A stretch of DNA of 30,545 nucleotides, taken from positions 1 through 30,545 of the forward strand of contig SXIP01000291.1 of NCBI GenBank assembly GCA_005772825.1, given 5' to 3'. The position numbers and the translations under genes were made by a program. Shown here piece by piece: positions 8,158 to 16,802 of the stretch. Numbering within the stretch: the first letter of the stretch is position 1; each line of letters begins with the position of its first letter. Below the pieces are notes generated by a model. That model was given only the letters and a program-made list of their open reading frames with translations. It did no database searches and was not told the origin of the DNA. Source of the DNA: Methylococcaceae bacterium. GTDB taxonomy: Bacteria; Pseudomonadota; Gammaproteobacteria; Methylococcales; Methylomonadaceae.

Positions 8158-9321
8158 TTAGATCTTTGTCCCTCTATCAGTCAAACGCACCATATCGTTC
8201 ATGACGCCGTCCAGCCCGCCATAGACGTTGAGCGTGTTGATACGGGCGGTGATCTTTTCCAGTATTTCCAGTTCTTTCAGGCGTAGCAAAACCGGGTTGC
8301 CTTCCATGACTTTGGCTGTGTTATGCAGCGAACGGGTCGCTTGGGTTTCTTCCTGGCGCTTGATCAGGTTGGCTTCCGCCAGCTTTTGCGCTTCGACAAC
8401 CTGGGTCAGAATGGCTTTCATTTCGCCGGGCAAGATGATGTCGCGCGCGCCCACGGCCTTGACCTCAATCCCGTAGCTCGCGGCTTTTTCCACAACGATG
8501 CCGAGAATTTGGCTGTTCAGCGAATTCTTGTCGGCCAGCAGTTCGTCGAGCGTTTGCGTGCTGACAATGGTGCGCAAGGCCAGTTGCAATTCCCGGTATA
8601 GGAAGTCTTTGGCATCGGCCAATTCCGCCTTGACCACTTCAGGTTGTTTTATCTGCCAGGTGGCCGACAGATTGATACGCAAACTGACCCGGTCTTTGGT
8701 CAGGATTTCCTGACCGTTCACTTCCATATTTTGTAAACGACCGTCATACAACGATACCGTAATAGTCCGGTTGAAACGCCACCAGACATGGGTGCCGGAG
8801 TTTAAAGTCGCCAGCGTCTCGCCATCCACGGACAGAAAACCGATATGATTTTCCGGGACCGTAGCGATGACGATAGAGGCTATGACTGCTTTTCGTAACA
8901 GGTCATCCTTGCTGTTGGTCAATAGCGCGGCCAGTTTTTTTGCTACGCTAAAGTTCTCGCTAATGTCTGTTTTTTCAACACGGATTTCCTGACCGGTTTT
9001 CCAGTAAGCGCCGCTTTGCGCAGGTGCTTTAATATCCTTCAGCCCGTTTTTCTGGTAAACCAGACCGACTTCCTGCTCGCCGGTTTCCCATAGCGTCAGG
9101 CTGTCGGCAAAAGCCGCCGGATGCAATTCGGCCAGATCCAACACATCCTTGCTTACGCCATTCTGTAAGGTATTGGTGATCGTAACAGTTTGAAGCTGAT
9201 ATTGATTGAAACAATCCCAAAACTTATGAACGCCCGGCTGCAATACCTTGATGAACTGTTGCTCTTTAAATAACAGGCCGCGCTGGGTTTCCGGGATAAT
9301 GATTTTTTTCGTTAACAGCAT
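8158..9321 (-). CDS. SPFH/band-7 (stomatin/prohibitin/HflC-like) domain protein, 388 aa from an internal ATG with a strong Shine-Dalgarno
   Basis: C-terminal RDIILPGEMKAILTQVVEAQKLAEANLIKRQEETQATRSL…NPVLLRLKELEILEKI is typical of SPFH. The ORF-track start at 9507 would run into the tRNA-like genes. The ATG at 9321 is preceded by taAGGAGagcatt, giving spacing 6. Confidence 0.8.
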   Translation of the reverse strand: MLLTKKIIIPETQRGLLFKEQQFIKVLQPGVHKFWDCFNQYQLQTVTITNTLQNGVSKDVLDLAELHPAAFADSLTLWETGEQEVGLVYQKNGLKDIKAPAQSGAYWKTGQEIRVEKTDISENFSVAKKLAALLTNSKDDLLRKAVIASIVIATVPENHIGFLSVDGETLATLNSGTHVWWRFNRTITVSLYDGRLQNMEVNGQEILTKDRVSLRINLSATWQIKQPEVVKAELADAKDFLYRELQLALRTIVSTQTLDELLADKNSLNSQILGIVVEKAASYGIEVKAVGARDIILPGEMKAILTQVVEAQKLAEANLIKRQEETQATRSLHNTAKVMEGNPVLLRLKELEILEKITARINTLNVYGGLDGVMNDMVRLTDRGTKI

Positions 9322-9570
9322 AATGCTCTCCTTAAAATAAAAGCGACAAAGCCTCCACACGTCGTCGGCTCCCGACTTTATGAGCTGCGGGCAAGCGGGC
9401 TTTACGGTTTGCGCACAGGTCAGACCCGGACGGAAGGCGGTGTCCGTGTTGACGTTGGGTATATGCAGATCGGGCTGGCTATCCATGCTTGTTCGATCTA
9501 CAGCCACCTTCCGTCGGGAGGTTTGTCTATGCCCTTGCGGGCTGGATTTTAAGCTACCGTTTCAGGGTAG

Positions 9571-9644
9571 GTTCACTAGCCGGGGTCGAACCGGCGACAG
9601 ACTGATGATGAGTCAGTTGCTCTACCATACTGAGCTATAGTGTA
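9571..9644 (-). tRNA. tRNA-like gene, 74 nt, anticodon CAT (Met/Ile2-like). It has an A2:A71 acceptor mismatch and C at position 37.
   Basis: Manual fold: acceptor TACACTA/TAGTGAA, D-arm GCTC-AGTATGGTA-GAGC, anticodon arm ACTGA-CTCATCA-TCAGT, variable loop CTGTC, T-arm GCCGG-TTCGACC-CCGGC. It was not checked with tRNAscan. Confidence 0.5.
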
Positions 9645-9646
9645 TG

Positions 9647-9717
9647 TGCCGCCAGTTGGGATCGAACCAACGACAGGCCCGAGGTCGGGCTGCTCTACCG
9701 GACTGAGCTATGGCGGC
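9647..9717 (-). ncRNA. tRNA-like RNA, 71 nt. It has canonical acceptor, D and T arms, but the anticodon arm collapses to a 5-bp stem with a 4-nt loop, so it has no usable anticodon.
   Basis: Manual fold: GCCGCCA-TA-GCTC-AGTCCGGTA-GAGC-A-GCCCG-ACCT-CGGGC-CTGTC-GTTGG-TTCGATC-CCAAC-TGGCGGC-A. No register gives a 7-nt loop. It lies 2 nt from the preceding tRNA-like gene, is on the same strand as rtcB, and starts 106 nt downstream of it. Confidence 0.45.
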
Positions 9718-9823
9718 GTTTTTGACGCCTTGATGTCATCGATACGCAATCCCGCCAGAGGCGGTTGCGTCAGGCAGGCTCGGAACCTGCTCCACGGATA
9801 ACAACGGTGTGTCAAAACCGGTT

Positions 9824-11029
9824 TTAACCCTTGACGCAAAGTACCTGCTTCAAGGTATGGACAATTTCCACCAGGTCGGCCTGCGCGGCCATGACCTTGT
9901 CGATGGGTTTGTAGGCTGACGGGGTTTCGTCGATCACGCTCGCGTCTTTACGGCATTCCACGCCTGCGGTCGCTTCGATATGCTCGGCCAGCGACACGCG
10001 CTTTTTAGCTTCGGTGCGGGACATGATGCGACCGGCGCCGTGGCTACAGCTACAGAAACTCTCTTCGTTACCCAAACCCCGCACGATGAACGATTGCGCC
10101 CCCATGCTGCCGGGGATGATGCCCATTTCACCCAGTCGTGCGCTCACCGCGCCTTTACGGGTTACCCAGACGTTTTTATCGTAGTGATGTTCGCGGCTGA
10201 TGTAGTTATGGTGACAATTCACCGCTTCGGTATGCGCTTCGAACGGCACCGGCAATACTTCGCGAATCGCCTGCAAGGTGTTTGTCATCATCACTTCCCG
10301 GTTGACCTGGGCGAAGTCTTGCGCCCAGGCAACGGCTGCAATGTAATTTTGAAAATGCTCGCTGCCTTCCGGGATATAGGCTAAATCTTTATCGGGCAAA
10401 TGGATGAACCAACGCTCCATGTCTTTTTTCGCCTGTTCGATAAAATGCGTACCGATCCGGTTACCGACTCCGCGTGATCCGCTGTGCAACATCACCCATA
10501 CGGCATTGTTTTCATCCAGGCAAATCTCGATGAAGTGGTTGCCTGTTCCCAAGGTACCCAGGTGGTTCAGATTATTGGTATTCTTCAGGAACGGATGTTT
10601 TTCGCACAAGCGCTGGAAACCTTCATCCAGCGCCAGCCACGCCTGTGTTATCTCTTCCGGCGGTTTACCCCAGCTTCCGGTATCGCGTCCGCCGCGGAAA
10701 TTCACTGAACGGCCATGAGGAACGCGTTGTTCTATCGCATTGCGCATGGCCGATAAAGAATCCGGTAATTGCTCGGCGGCCAGGCTGGTTTTTACCGCCA
10801 TCATTCCGCAACCCAAATCCACACCGACAGCGGCGGGGATGATAGCGCCGATGGTCGCGCCTTTACCGACATGCACATCCGGCATTACGGCAATCCATTT
10901 GTGTATAAAAGGCATGCGCGCGATATTTTGCAATTGCTGTTTTGAGTTATCGTCAAAACTGACGCCGCGCGTCCAGGATTTGATAGGGTGTTTACCTGCT
11001 TCGGATATAACTTCATAGGCGGTGGTCAT
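9824..11029 (-). CDS. rtcB: RNA 3'-phosphate/2',3'-cyclic phosphate RNA ligase RtcB (401 aa)
   Basis: Full-length match to the RtcB family by recognition (…MPDVHVGKGATIGAIIP…GNHFIEICLDE…HSGSRGVGN…CSCSHGAGR…). Confidence 0.95.
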   Translation of the reverse strand: MTTAYEVISEAGKHPIKSWTRGVSFDDNSKQQLQNIARMPFIHKWIAVMPDVHVGKGATIGAIIPAAVGVDLGCGMMAVKTSLAAEQLPDSLSAMRNAIEQRVPHGRSVNFRGGRDTGSWGKPPEEITQAWLALDEGFQRLCEKHPFLKNTNNLNHLGTLGTGNHFIEICLDENNAVWVMLHSGSRGVGNRIGTHFIEQAKKDMERWFIHLPDKDLAYIPEGSEHFQNYIAAVAWAQDFAQVNREVMMTNTLQAIREVLPVPFEAHTEAVNCHHNYISREHHYDKNVWVTRKGAVSARLGEMGIIPGSMGAQSFIVRGLGNEESFCSCSHGAGRIMSRTEAKKRVSLAEHIEATAGVECRKDASVIDETPSAYKPIDKVMAAQADLVEIVHTLKQVLCVKG

Positions 11030-11103
11030 GGCTTGTTCCTGTTGTCTGTTGTTGTTTAGGAATGAAAATTAAATTACTTGAGCATTTTATCCCCTCTCCC
11101 CAA

Positions 11104-11124
11104 CCCTCTCCCGGAGGGAGAGGG
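11104..11124. promoter_or_regulatory. Perfect 9-bp-stem palindrome ccctctccc-gga-gggagaggg in the rtcB leader, preceded by a direct copy of ccctctccc
   Basis: Read directly. It lies between the predicted sigma-54 promoter at about 11175 and the rtcB ATG at 11029. Confidence 0.4.
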
Positions 11125-11167
11125 AGCCGGTTGTCGAAGTTATTTTCATTCCTTACATGATTGATAA

Positions 11168-11183
11168 GGCAATACCAATGCCA
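11168..11183 (-). promoter_or_regulatory. Sigma-54 (-24/-12) promoter reading towards rtcB
   Basis: Minus strand reads cTGGCATtggtaTTGCc, with GG and GC at the canonical 10-bp spacing (consensus TGGCAC-N5-TTGCA). Context is consistent: rtcBA in E. coli is sigma-54 dependent and activated by RtcR. Confidence 0.55.
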
Positions 11184-11321
11184 GTTTCTGTTCTGTGTAC
11201 CTATTACGATGTGCATCCCTTATAAATCGAGGGCTGAGTGCGGTAGCTGCGGGGAAAATTAAGATAATCACGAAAACCCGTCTATACTTTTTCCTATCGA
11301 AAATGATAGTGAGTTATCCAA

Positions 11322-12917
11322 ATGAATACGGTGGTTATCGGCATACTGGGTTCGCGTCTCGATCACGCAGGTTTCGGCAAAAGGCGCTTTGAACGTTGGC
11401 GGCCCAGCGTTTCCTTACTGATGCACGGCAGTTTGCGGGTCGATGAATTTGTCTTGATCCATCATCCCGATGAAGCCGAGCTTGCCGGTATCACGATGCG
11501 CGATATGCGGGCTGTTTCCGGGCAGACCCTGATAAGGCCTTATCAGGTTGATTATGCCGATCCCTGGGATTTTGAGCAGGTTTACAGCCAGTTGCATGAT
11601 TTCACGCGCAGTTATACGTTTGATCCGGAACAAAACGACTATTACGTGCATATCACTACCGGTACTCATGTCGCGCAAATCTGTCTGTATTTGTTGACCG
11701 AAGCGAACTATATTCCCGGCAAACTGCTGCAAACCTCGCCGAGCAAAGCCGGTATCCAGGGCACTTATCGGATGATCGACCTGGACCTGTCGCGTTATGA
11801 CCAGATCGCGTCGCGGTTCAAGCGGGAAGCGCAGGACGGCATTGCCTATCTGAAAAGCGGCATCGAAACCCGCAACACGGCATTCAACGAGCTGATTTCA
11901 CAAGTGGAGCAGGTATCCATCAAATCATCGGCGCCGATGTTATTGACCGGCCCGACCGGTGCCGGTAAGTCGCGTCTCGCCAAACGCATTTACGAGCTGA
12001 AAAAACAGCGCGGGCAATTGACCGGCAAACTGGTCGAAGTGAATTGCGCTACCTTGCGCGGCGATAATGCCATGTCCGCCTTATTCGGCCATGTCAAAGG
12101 CGCTTTTACCGGCGCGTTCAGCACCCGCACGGGCTTATTGCGCGAGGCGCACAAGGGTTTGTTATTTCTCGATGAAATCGGTGAATTGGGTTTGGATGAA
12201 CAGGCGATGCTGCTGCGTGCGATAGAGGATAAGGTATTCATGCCGTTGGGCGCCGACAACGAGATTGGCAGTGACTTTCAGTTGATAGTCGGGACCAATC
12301 GTGACCTGTTTGAACAGGTGCGGCTGGGACGTTTTCGAGAAGACTTGCTCGCGCGCATCAATTTATGGACCTACGAATTGCCTTCCTTGAAGCAACGCAT
12401 GGAAGATTTTGAGCCCAATCTGGAACATGAATTACAGCAATTCACCTTCCAGGCGAATCACAAAGTCAGTTTCAACAAAGCGGCGCGTGAGCGCTATCTT
12501 GCTTTCGCCTACTCGCCGCAAGCGCTATGGCGGGCAAACTTCCGCGATTTGAATTCCAGCGTCACCCGTATGGCGACCCTGGCGACCGGCGGACGGATTA
12601 CCGAAGAAATCGTCGCGGGCGAAATGGTGCGTTTGCAGTACGCCTGGTCAGGATTTATAGATCAGACACCTGTTGTAATCGATACATTGGCCGGGCTGTT
12701 GCCGCCGCAAACCTTGGCTGAGCTTGATTTGTTCGACCGGATGCAGCTTGCCGAGGTCGTGAGGCTGTGCAGGGAAAGCCGCAGTCTGGCTGAAGCAGGG
12801 CGCCGATTATTTAATGTCAGCCGCACCCAAAAAGCCAGCAGCAACGATTCCCATCGCCTCAAGCAATATTTACAACGCTTTGGCCTGGTTTTTCAGGATG
12901 TATGTAAGGGTGGTTGA
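11322..12917 (+). CDS. rtcR: Sigma-54-dependent transcriptional activator RtcR (N-terminal CARF domain, AAA+ sigma-54 interaction domain, C-terminal HTH), 531 aa
   Basis: N-terminus MNTVVIGILGSRLDHAGFGKRR…HITTGTHVAQICLYLL is CARF-like. Walker A is LLTGPTGAGKSRLA. GAFTGA is present, with LLFLDEIGEL as Walker B. The gene is divergent from rtcB. Confidence 0.9.
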   Translation: MNTVVIGILGSRLDHAGFGKRRFERWRPSVSLLMHGSLRVDEFVLIHHPDEAELAGITMRDMRAVSGQTLIRPYQVDYADPWDFEQVYSQLHDFTRSYTFDPEQNDYYVHITTGTHVAQICLYLLTEANYIPGKLLQTSPSKAGIQGTYRMIDLDLSRYDQIASRFKREAQDGIAYLKSGIETRNTAFNELISQVEQVSIKSSAPMLLTGPTGAGKSRLAKRIYELKKQRGQLTGKLVEVNCATLRGDNAMSALFGHVKGAFTGAFSTRTGLLREAHKGLLFLDEIGELGLDEQAMLLRAIEDKVFMPLGADNEIGSDFQLIVGTNRDLFEQVRLGRFREDLLARINLWTYELPSLKQRMEDFEPNLEHELQQFTFQANHKVSFNKAARERYLAFAYSPQALWRANFRDLNSSVTRMATLATGGRITEEIVAGEMVRLQYAWSGFIDQTPVVIDTLAGLLPPQTLAELDLFDRMQLAEVVRLCRESRSLAEAGRRLFNVSRTQKASSNDSHRLKQYLQRFGLVFQDVCKGG

Positions 12918-12921
12918 GGTA

Positions 12922-14010
12922 TCAAGGGTTTTCTTGATGATCAGGGTTCCCGGTGTTTATGCTTGGTGTCGGTTGTTCCATATCCAGCCAACTTTTCAGC
13001 AGGGTAAAACAAACGACCAACAACGTAGAACCTACAAAAACGCCGACAAAGCCCCAGGCCAGCAAACCGCCGAGCACGCCAAGAAAGACCAGCGGGATGG
13101 GTAGGCCGCTGCCACCCTGACTGATCAGGTAAGGCTTAATAAAATTGTCGGATATGTTGATCAATATTCCCCAGATTACGGTAAAAATTGCCCAACCGGT
13201 AGTGCCCTGATAACCGAGCCAAATAGCCGCAGGAATCCATACCGGGGCCGTACCGATCTGCATCATCGCCAGGATAAAACTGAACAAACCCAGCAAGCCT
13301 GCGCCTGGCACGCCGGCGATGATCAATCCGAACACACTCAATATCGCCTGAATCAATGCCGTGCCTACCACGCCGAGTGATACGGAACGGACTGTCTGGC
13401 TGGCGACACTGATCAACGCAAAGCCCTGCTGCCCTGCGATCCGGTAAATCAATCGTTCTATGAATGCCTTGGCGCCGGCGCTGTTAACGCACAGAAAGCC
13501 GGCCAATACGATTGCCAGAAGAAATTCGAGCAGCGACAAGCTCAAACTGCCACTTTGCTTGAGCAGCCAGGCCGTGCCGTCTTTAATGGCGGGTTTCACC
13601 GTCTCCAGCAATGCGGGCATATCGGTGTTGGCGTGCTGCCATAATTCAGTTATTCGCGGGCCGATCAACGGCGCATCAGCCAACCAGGCCGGTACCTGCG
13701 GTAATGAGATGGTGGTCAAGTCCTTGATAAGCCCGCTCACGGAAGCGACATGCTCGGTTAATGAATAAACCAGCAACGAGATGGGCACGACAAACACCAG
13801 GATCAGCCCGCCGGTCAGGATAAAGGCGGCGACTCCCTGCCGTCCTTTCAGGTGTTTCTGGAGTCGGTCAAACAGCGGCCAGGTGGAGATTGCGATGATG
13901 GTTCCCCAAAGCAGCGCGCCCAGAAAGGGCGAAATAATCTTGAGACAGGCAATAACAAGCACGGCGACGATGGCAAGACCACCCGCCTTTTCGAAAAATC
14001 TATCGTTCAA
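12922..14010 (-). CDS. AI-2E family transporter (PerM/TqsA-like, UPF0118), 362 aa, probable TTG start
   Basis: Multi-TM protein with family-typical motifs (…LLWGTIIAISTWPLFDRL…, C-terminal GGLLAWGFVGVF). The start at 14010 is TTG. An in-frame TAA lies 8 codons upstream with no ATG or GTG between, and an AGGA sits about 8 nt upstream. The gene converges on rtcR with a 4-nt gap. Confidence 0.8.
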   Translation of the reverse strand: MNDRFFEKAGGLAIVAVLVIACLKIISPFLGALLWGTIIAISTWPLFDRLQKHLKGRQGVAAFILTGGLILVFVVPISLLVYSLTEHVASVSGLIKDLTTISLPQVPAWLADAPLIGPRITELWQHANTDMPALLETVKPAIKDGTAWLLKQSGSLSLSLLEFLLAIVLAGFLCVNSAGAKAFIERLIYRIAGQQGFALISVASQTVRSVSLGVVGTALIQAILSVFGLIIAGVPGAGLLGLFSFILAMMQIGTAPVWIPAAIWLGYQGTTGWAIFTVIWGILINISDNFIKPYLISQGGSGLPIPLVFLGVLGGLLAWGFVGVFVGSTLLVVCFTLLKSWLDMEQPTPSINTGNPDHQENP

Positions 14011-14267
14011 GTCGGCGTTCCTCTGGTTGAATTAGGGAGAGAAAGCGTGGATTAAACTCCCTGACCCTGATAAAAACAAGATTAATGTTGATACGGAGCC
14101 TGCGCCGCAATTTTACAGTTGCTGACTGAAGATCATGGGTCTCTTGTTTTTAAGGTTGAATTTAACTTCAACTGATAGAGTGATTTCCAGCGGAAATAAA
14201 ACAGGGCCTTGCCGCCACGGTTTTACAGTTTCCATTTGATACATTTTCGATATAGAGATCAATACCT

Positions 14268-14966
14268 ATGAAAAGCAAAAAAAACCTATCTTTGGGAATA
14301 GCAACGCTTGTTGCTGTTATGACATTAAATGCCTCTGCGGGCGCAGCTACCAGTGTGCAAGTCGGAGCAAGCGGTAAAACATACGCTTCCAGCGCGGTCA
14401 TTTGTGACGCCAACCCGGCTACAGGCATGCAATCGCCGGTAATAGACGCGGGTCTGTTTAACCCGACAGGCAAGGCAATCGCCACCGTGTCCCGCAATGG
14501 CGTCGTTGTGGCAAAGGTCACGAGCAATAATCCCTCTGCCAAGGTATGGCTCGCCGACGGTAAAAATACAGTAGTTGTCGCGCTCAATAAAAGGACTGCT
14601 GATAGCTATGCGTATATCGTACAACCAAGTCTATGCACTCTACCGGACACTTCCGGCAATACATTCAGCCCCGACGGTACGCTGGAATACGCCGCCAGTG
14701 GGAAATCTTACGCTACGGTCACGTCCGGTTGTGCATTCAATGCCAATACCGGTATGGCGCAGCCGTACGTAAACCTGTTTGATAATGGCGGCTACTTGCT
14801 CAATGTCTCCGTCAATGGCGTACCGCTGACCCAGTTAAGCGCACTCCGCCCCCATACGCCCGTTTTTCTGAGAGCAGGCCAAAATGTTATTTCAGCCGCC
14901 AATGGCAGTTTATCCATTGACTATTACGTCCGTGACGGGGCTGATGGCAGTTGTATACTACCGTAG
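14268..14966 (+). CDS. Secreted hypothetical protein (232 aa) with an internal two-fold repeat
   Basis: Signal peptide MKSKKNLSLGIATLVAVMTLNASAGA. The two halves share ASGKTYASSAVICDANPATGMQSPV and ASGKSYATVTSGCAFNANTGMAQPYV. It was preferred over the overlapping minus-strand ORF 14168..14587. Confidence 0.55.
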   Translation: MKSKKNLSLGIATLVAVMTLNASAGAATSVQVGASGKTYASSAVICDANPATGMQSPVIDAGLFNPTGKAIATVSRNGVVVAKVTSNNPSAKVWLADGKNTVVVALNKRTADSYAYIVQPSLCTLPDTSGNTFSPDGTLEYAASGKSYATVTSGCAFNANTGMAQPYVNLFDNGGYLLNVSVNGVPLTQLSALRPHTPVFLRAGQNVISAANGSLSIDYYVRDGADGSCILP

Positions 14967-15590
14967 CAGGGGCAGTGCGCCATATAGGGTATATGGCAGA
15001 CCTCCAACGGATGCAACCGAATTTTTGTGTAATCAACCTGACATAAAATCGCTGTATCATCCTTGAACGGCAGTAAGCGGATAACGCCGGAAACTAGAGT
15101 TTGTATTGCCGAATGCCTTCTGCAAAACTGCAACAGCTCATTCATCTGGGCCGCTTATATACGCTGGTCAGAGCGCATCCGCACGTCTAAACCGTGAAAT
15201 TTTCGGCAGGACCGGCGCTATATTGGTACGTAATATTCGCGTAATTGCACCTGTCTGGTACAAACAGGCAAACCGGAAATTATCTTTGTTATGCGGCTCA
15301 CGGTTTTTATCTCACCATTAAATATTGCAAGACATTGATTGTTATAGTTTATTTTAAATAATGCTTTACAGTACTTGGTGACGGTAATACATAAATGGCA
15401 CATAACATGCTGAGATTTAGCAATGTAAGTCAGGTTAAATCACGAGTTTCTCATTTAATTTTCAAGCCTTGATACAGGCGGATATCGGTGCATTTTGCTA
15501 AGCAGCGATTCGGTCGCTTGTGTGAACCGCTAAAAGCCGCCGCTTGATAAATAGAGAATTTTCAATCCAACCATAAATCAGGTAACGACG

Positions 15591-15968
15591 ATGAATTCAG
15601 ATAATTTAACTTCAGTTCTTAAAAATCTTCACACTTTATCCCCCTATATAATCGGTTCCGGAATTTTGACGAAAGAGGGCATGATTCTGGAGTCAAGCTT
15701 GATCAAGGAACAGGACGAAGATGTTGTCGCGGCAAGTGGCGCCGCATTGTCCGATATTGCCGGGCAAATTGCCCTGCGAATATTTCGAGGGAATGCGGAA
15801 GCCGCGATTGTTAAGAGTGATAATGGTTTTATTATAGTCGCTCCTTGTGAAGGGAAGTTAATTCTTGCCGTTATTGTGACTTTGGATGCGGTACTTAACG
15901 ATATGATTCAAATCGTCGAATGCACCGCAGAGGTGATCGGCCAGAGGAATTTTGAGCTGGCTGCATAG
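15591..15968 (+). CDS. Roadblock/LC7 (MglB/LAMTOR2-like) domain protein, 125 aa
   Basis: Pattern …ILTKEGMILESSL…DVVAASGAALSDIAGQ…AAIVKSDNGFIIVAPCEGKLILAVI… is typical of Roadblock/LC7. AGGT lies 7 nt upstream of the ATG. Confidence 0.6.
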   Translation: MNSDNLTSVLKNLHTLSPYIIGSGILTKEGMILESSLIKEQDEDVVAASGAALSDIAGQIALRIFRGNAEAAIVKSDNGFIIVAPCEGKLILAVIVTLDAVLNDMIQIVECTAEVIGQRNFELAA

Positions 15969-16138
15969 GCTCTTCGGTCTAAAGCATGTAGATCTTTCCG
16001 ACATGAACGCATGCCTGCTTATAAGCCAGCGATGTCCATCGAGCAGGCGACCTTGGGGTTTTATAATATTTGTGACACGGCCCGCTAAAGAATGGTTAAA
16101 ATTACAAATCTTATCTTGTTTGTAAATGAAGGCTAAAC

Positions 16139-16534
16139 ATGAGTATCAAATCCAGCTTAATAAAATTGGCAATAAAATTGACCCCCAATATATTGATTAT
16201 TTGGGGGGCAAATATAATCCTCAAGGGCATCGCAGAATTAACCGAATTTAATTTTGACCTCGACGCGCGGAAAGTCTATCTTCAAACCAGACTCTACGGT
16301 GAAGAAGGAACGATTGAAGTATGCCTGGAAGATTTTGCGGTTTTTAATGACGGTGAATCCTACCGTTTTATCATCCATCAGGCAAAATCCGACCGGCCCT
16401 GGCTGAATAATCTATTGTCCCGTTTTATAGGAAAAGCCTGGAAAATTCCTGCAATACCTCAATTGTCGGCTCAACTTGAGCTTTTAACCGAGTTGTTCAA
16501 AGCCAAGACGCCGGCCTTGGAAAAAATTGATTGA
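16139..16534 (+). CDS. Hypothetical protein, 131 aa
   Basis: ORF with an AAGG Shine-Dalgarno (spacing 6). No recognisable domain and no P-loop. Confidence 0.45.
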   Translation: MSIKSSLIKLAIKLTPNILIIWGANIILKGIAELTEFNFDLDARKVYLQTRLYGEEGTIEVCLEDFAVFNDGESYRFIIHQAKSDRPWLNNLLSRFIGKAWKIPAIPQLSAQLELLTELFKAKTPALEKID

Positions 16535-16632
16535 GATTGCTTTCGGGTAAGCCGGCATCTTGCAGTAATCAGTCGTGCCAAGGATGGCAGGGGTTCACCG
16601 GCTATGGAGCATATATCAAATCCCATAAACAA

Positions 16633-16743
16633 GCCCCAAGCTTATAATTAATCGTTATACGCAACTCTCCAGCAATGAACAGTAATCGGTTTCCCCCTGA
16701 TTTTTAAAAGGGGGGCAAGGTCGCGATTGTGTATAAAGATGAG
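16633..16743. repeat. Third, core-less copy of the MITE outer inverted-repeat pair (cccaagc…cgttatacgcaa … ttgtgtataaagatgag). It encloses a 62-bp segment with a GC-clamped hairpin ccccct-gatttttaaaa-gggggg.
   Basis: Direct comparison with 1455-1485/1631-1647 and 7823-7855/8121-8137. Confidence 0.6.
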
Positions 16744-16802
16744 GGTTTATGGGGGGCTATTTAAAAATCATCCCCTAACTCCTTGCACTATCGCCTTGTT
16801 GA

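Noticed and set aside
9380-9640. 86-aa plus-strand ORF; also the SPFH ORF extension up to 9507
   Set aside because: It overlaps the tRNA-like elements on the opposite strand. The SPFH gene has a far better start at 9321 with an AGGAG Shine-Dalgarno.
9934-12259. Several 60-134-aa ORFs on both strands inside rtcB and rtcR (9934..10131, 9980..10384, 10404..10718, 11415..11732, 11990..12259)
   Set aside because: They are embedded in the confidently assigned rtcB and rtcR reading frames.
14168-14587. 139-aa minus-strand ORF
   Set aside because: It overlaps the plus-strand ORF 14268..14966, which has a clear signal peptide and an internal-repeat structure. The minus ORF is Ala/Thr/Val-rich, typical of an antisense frame.
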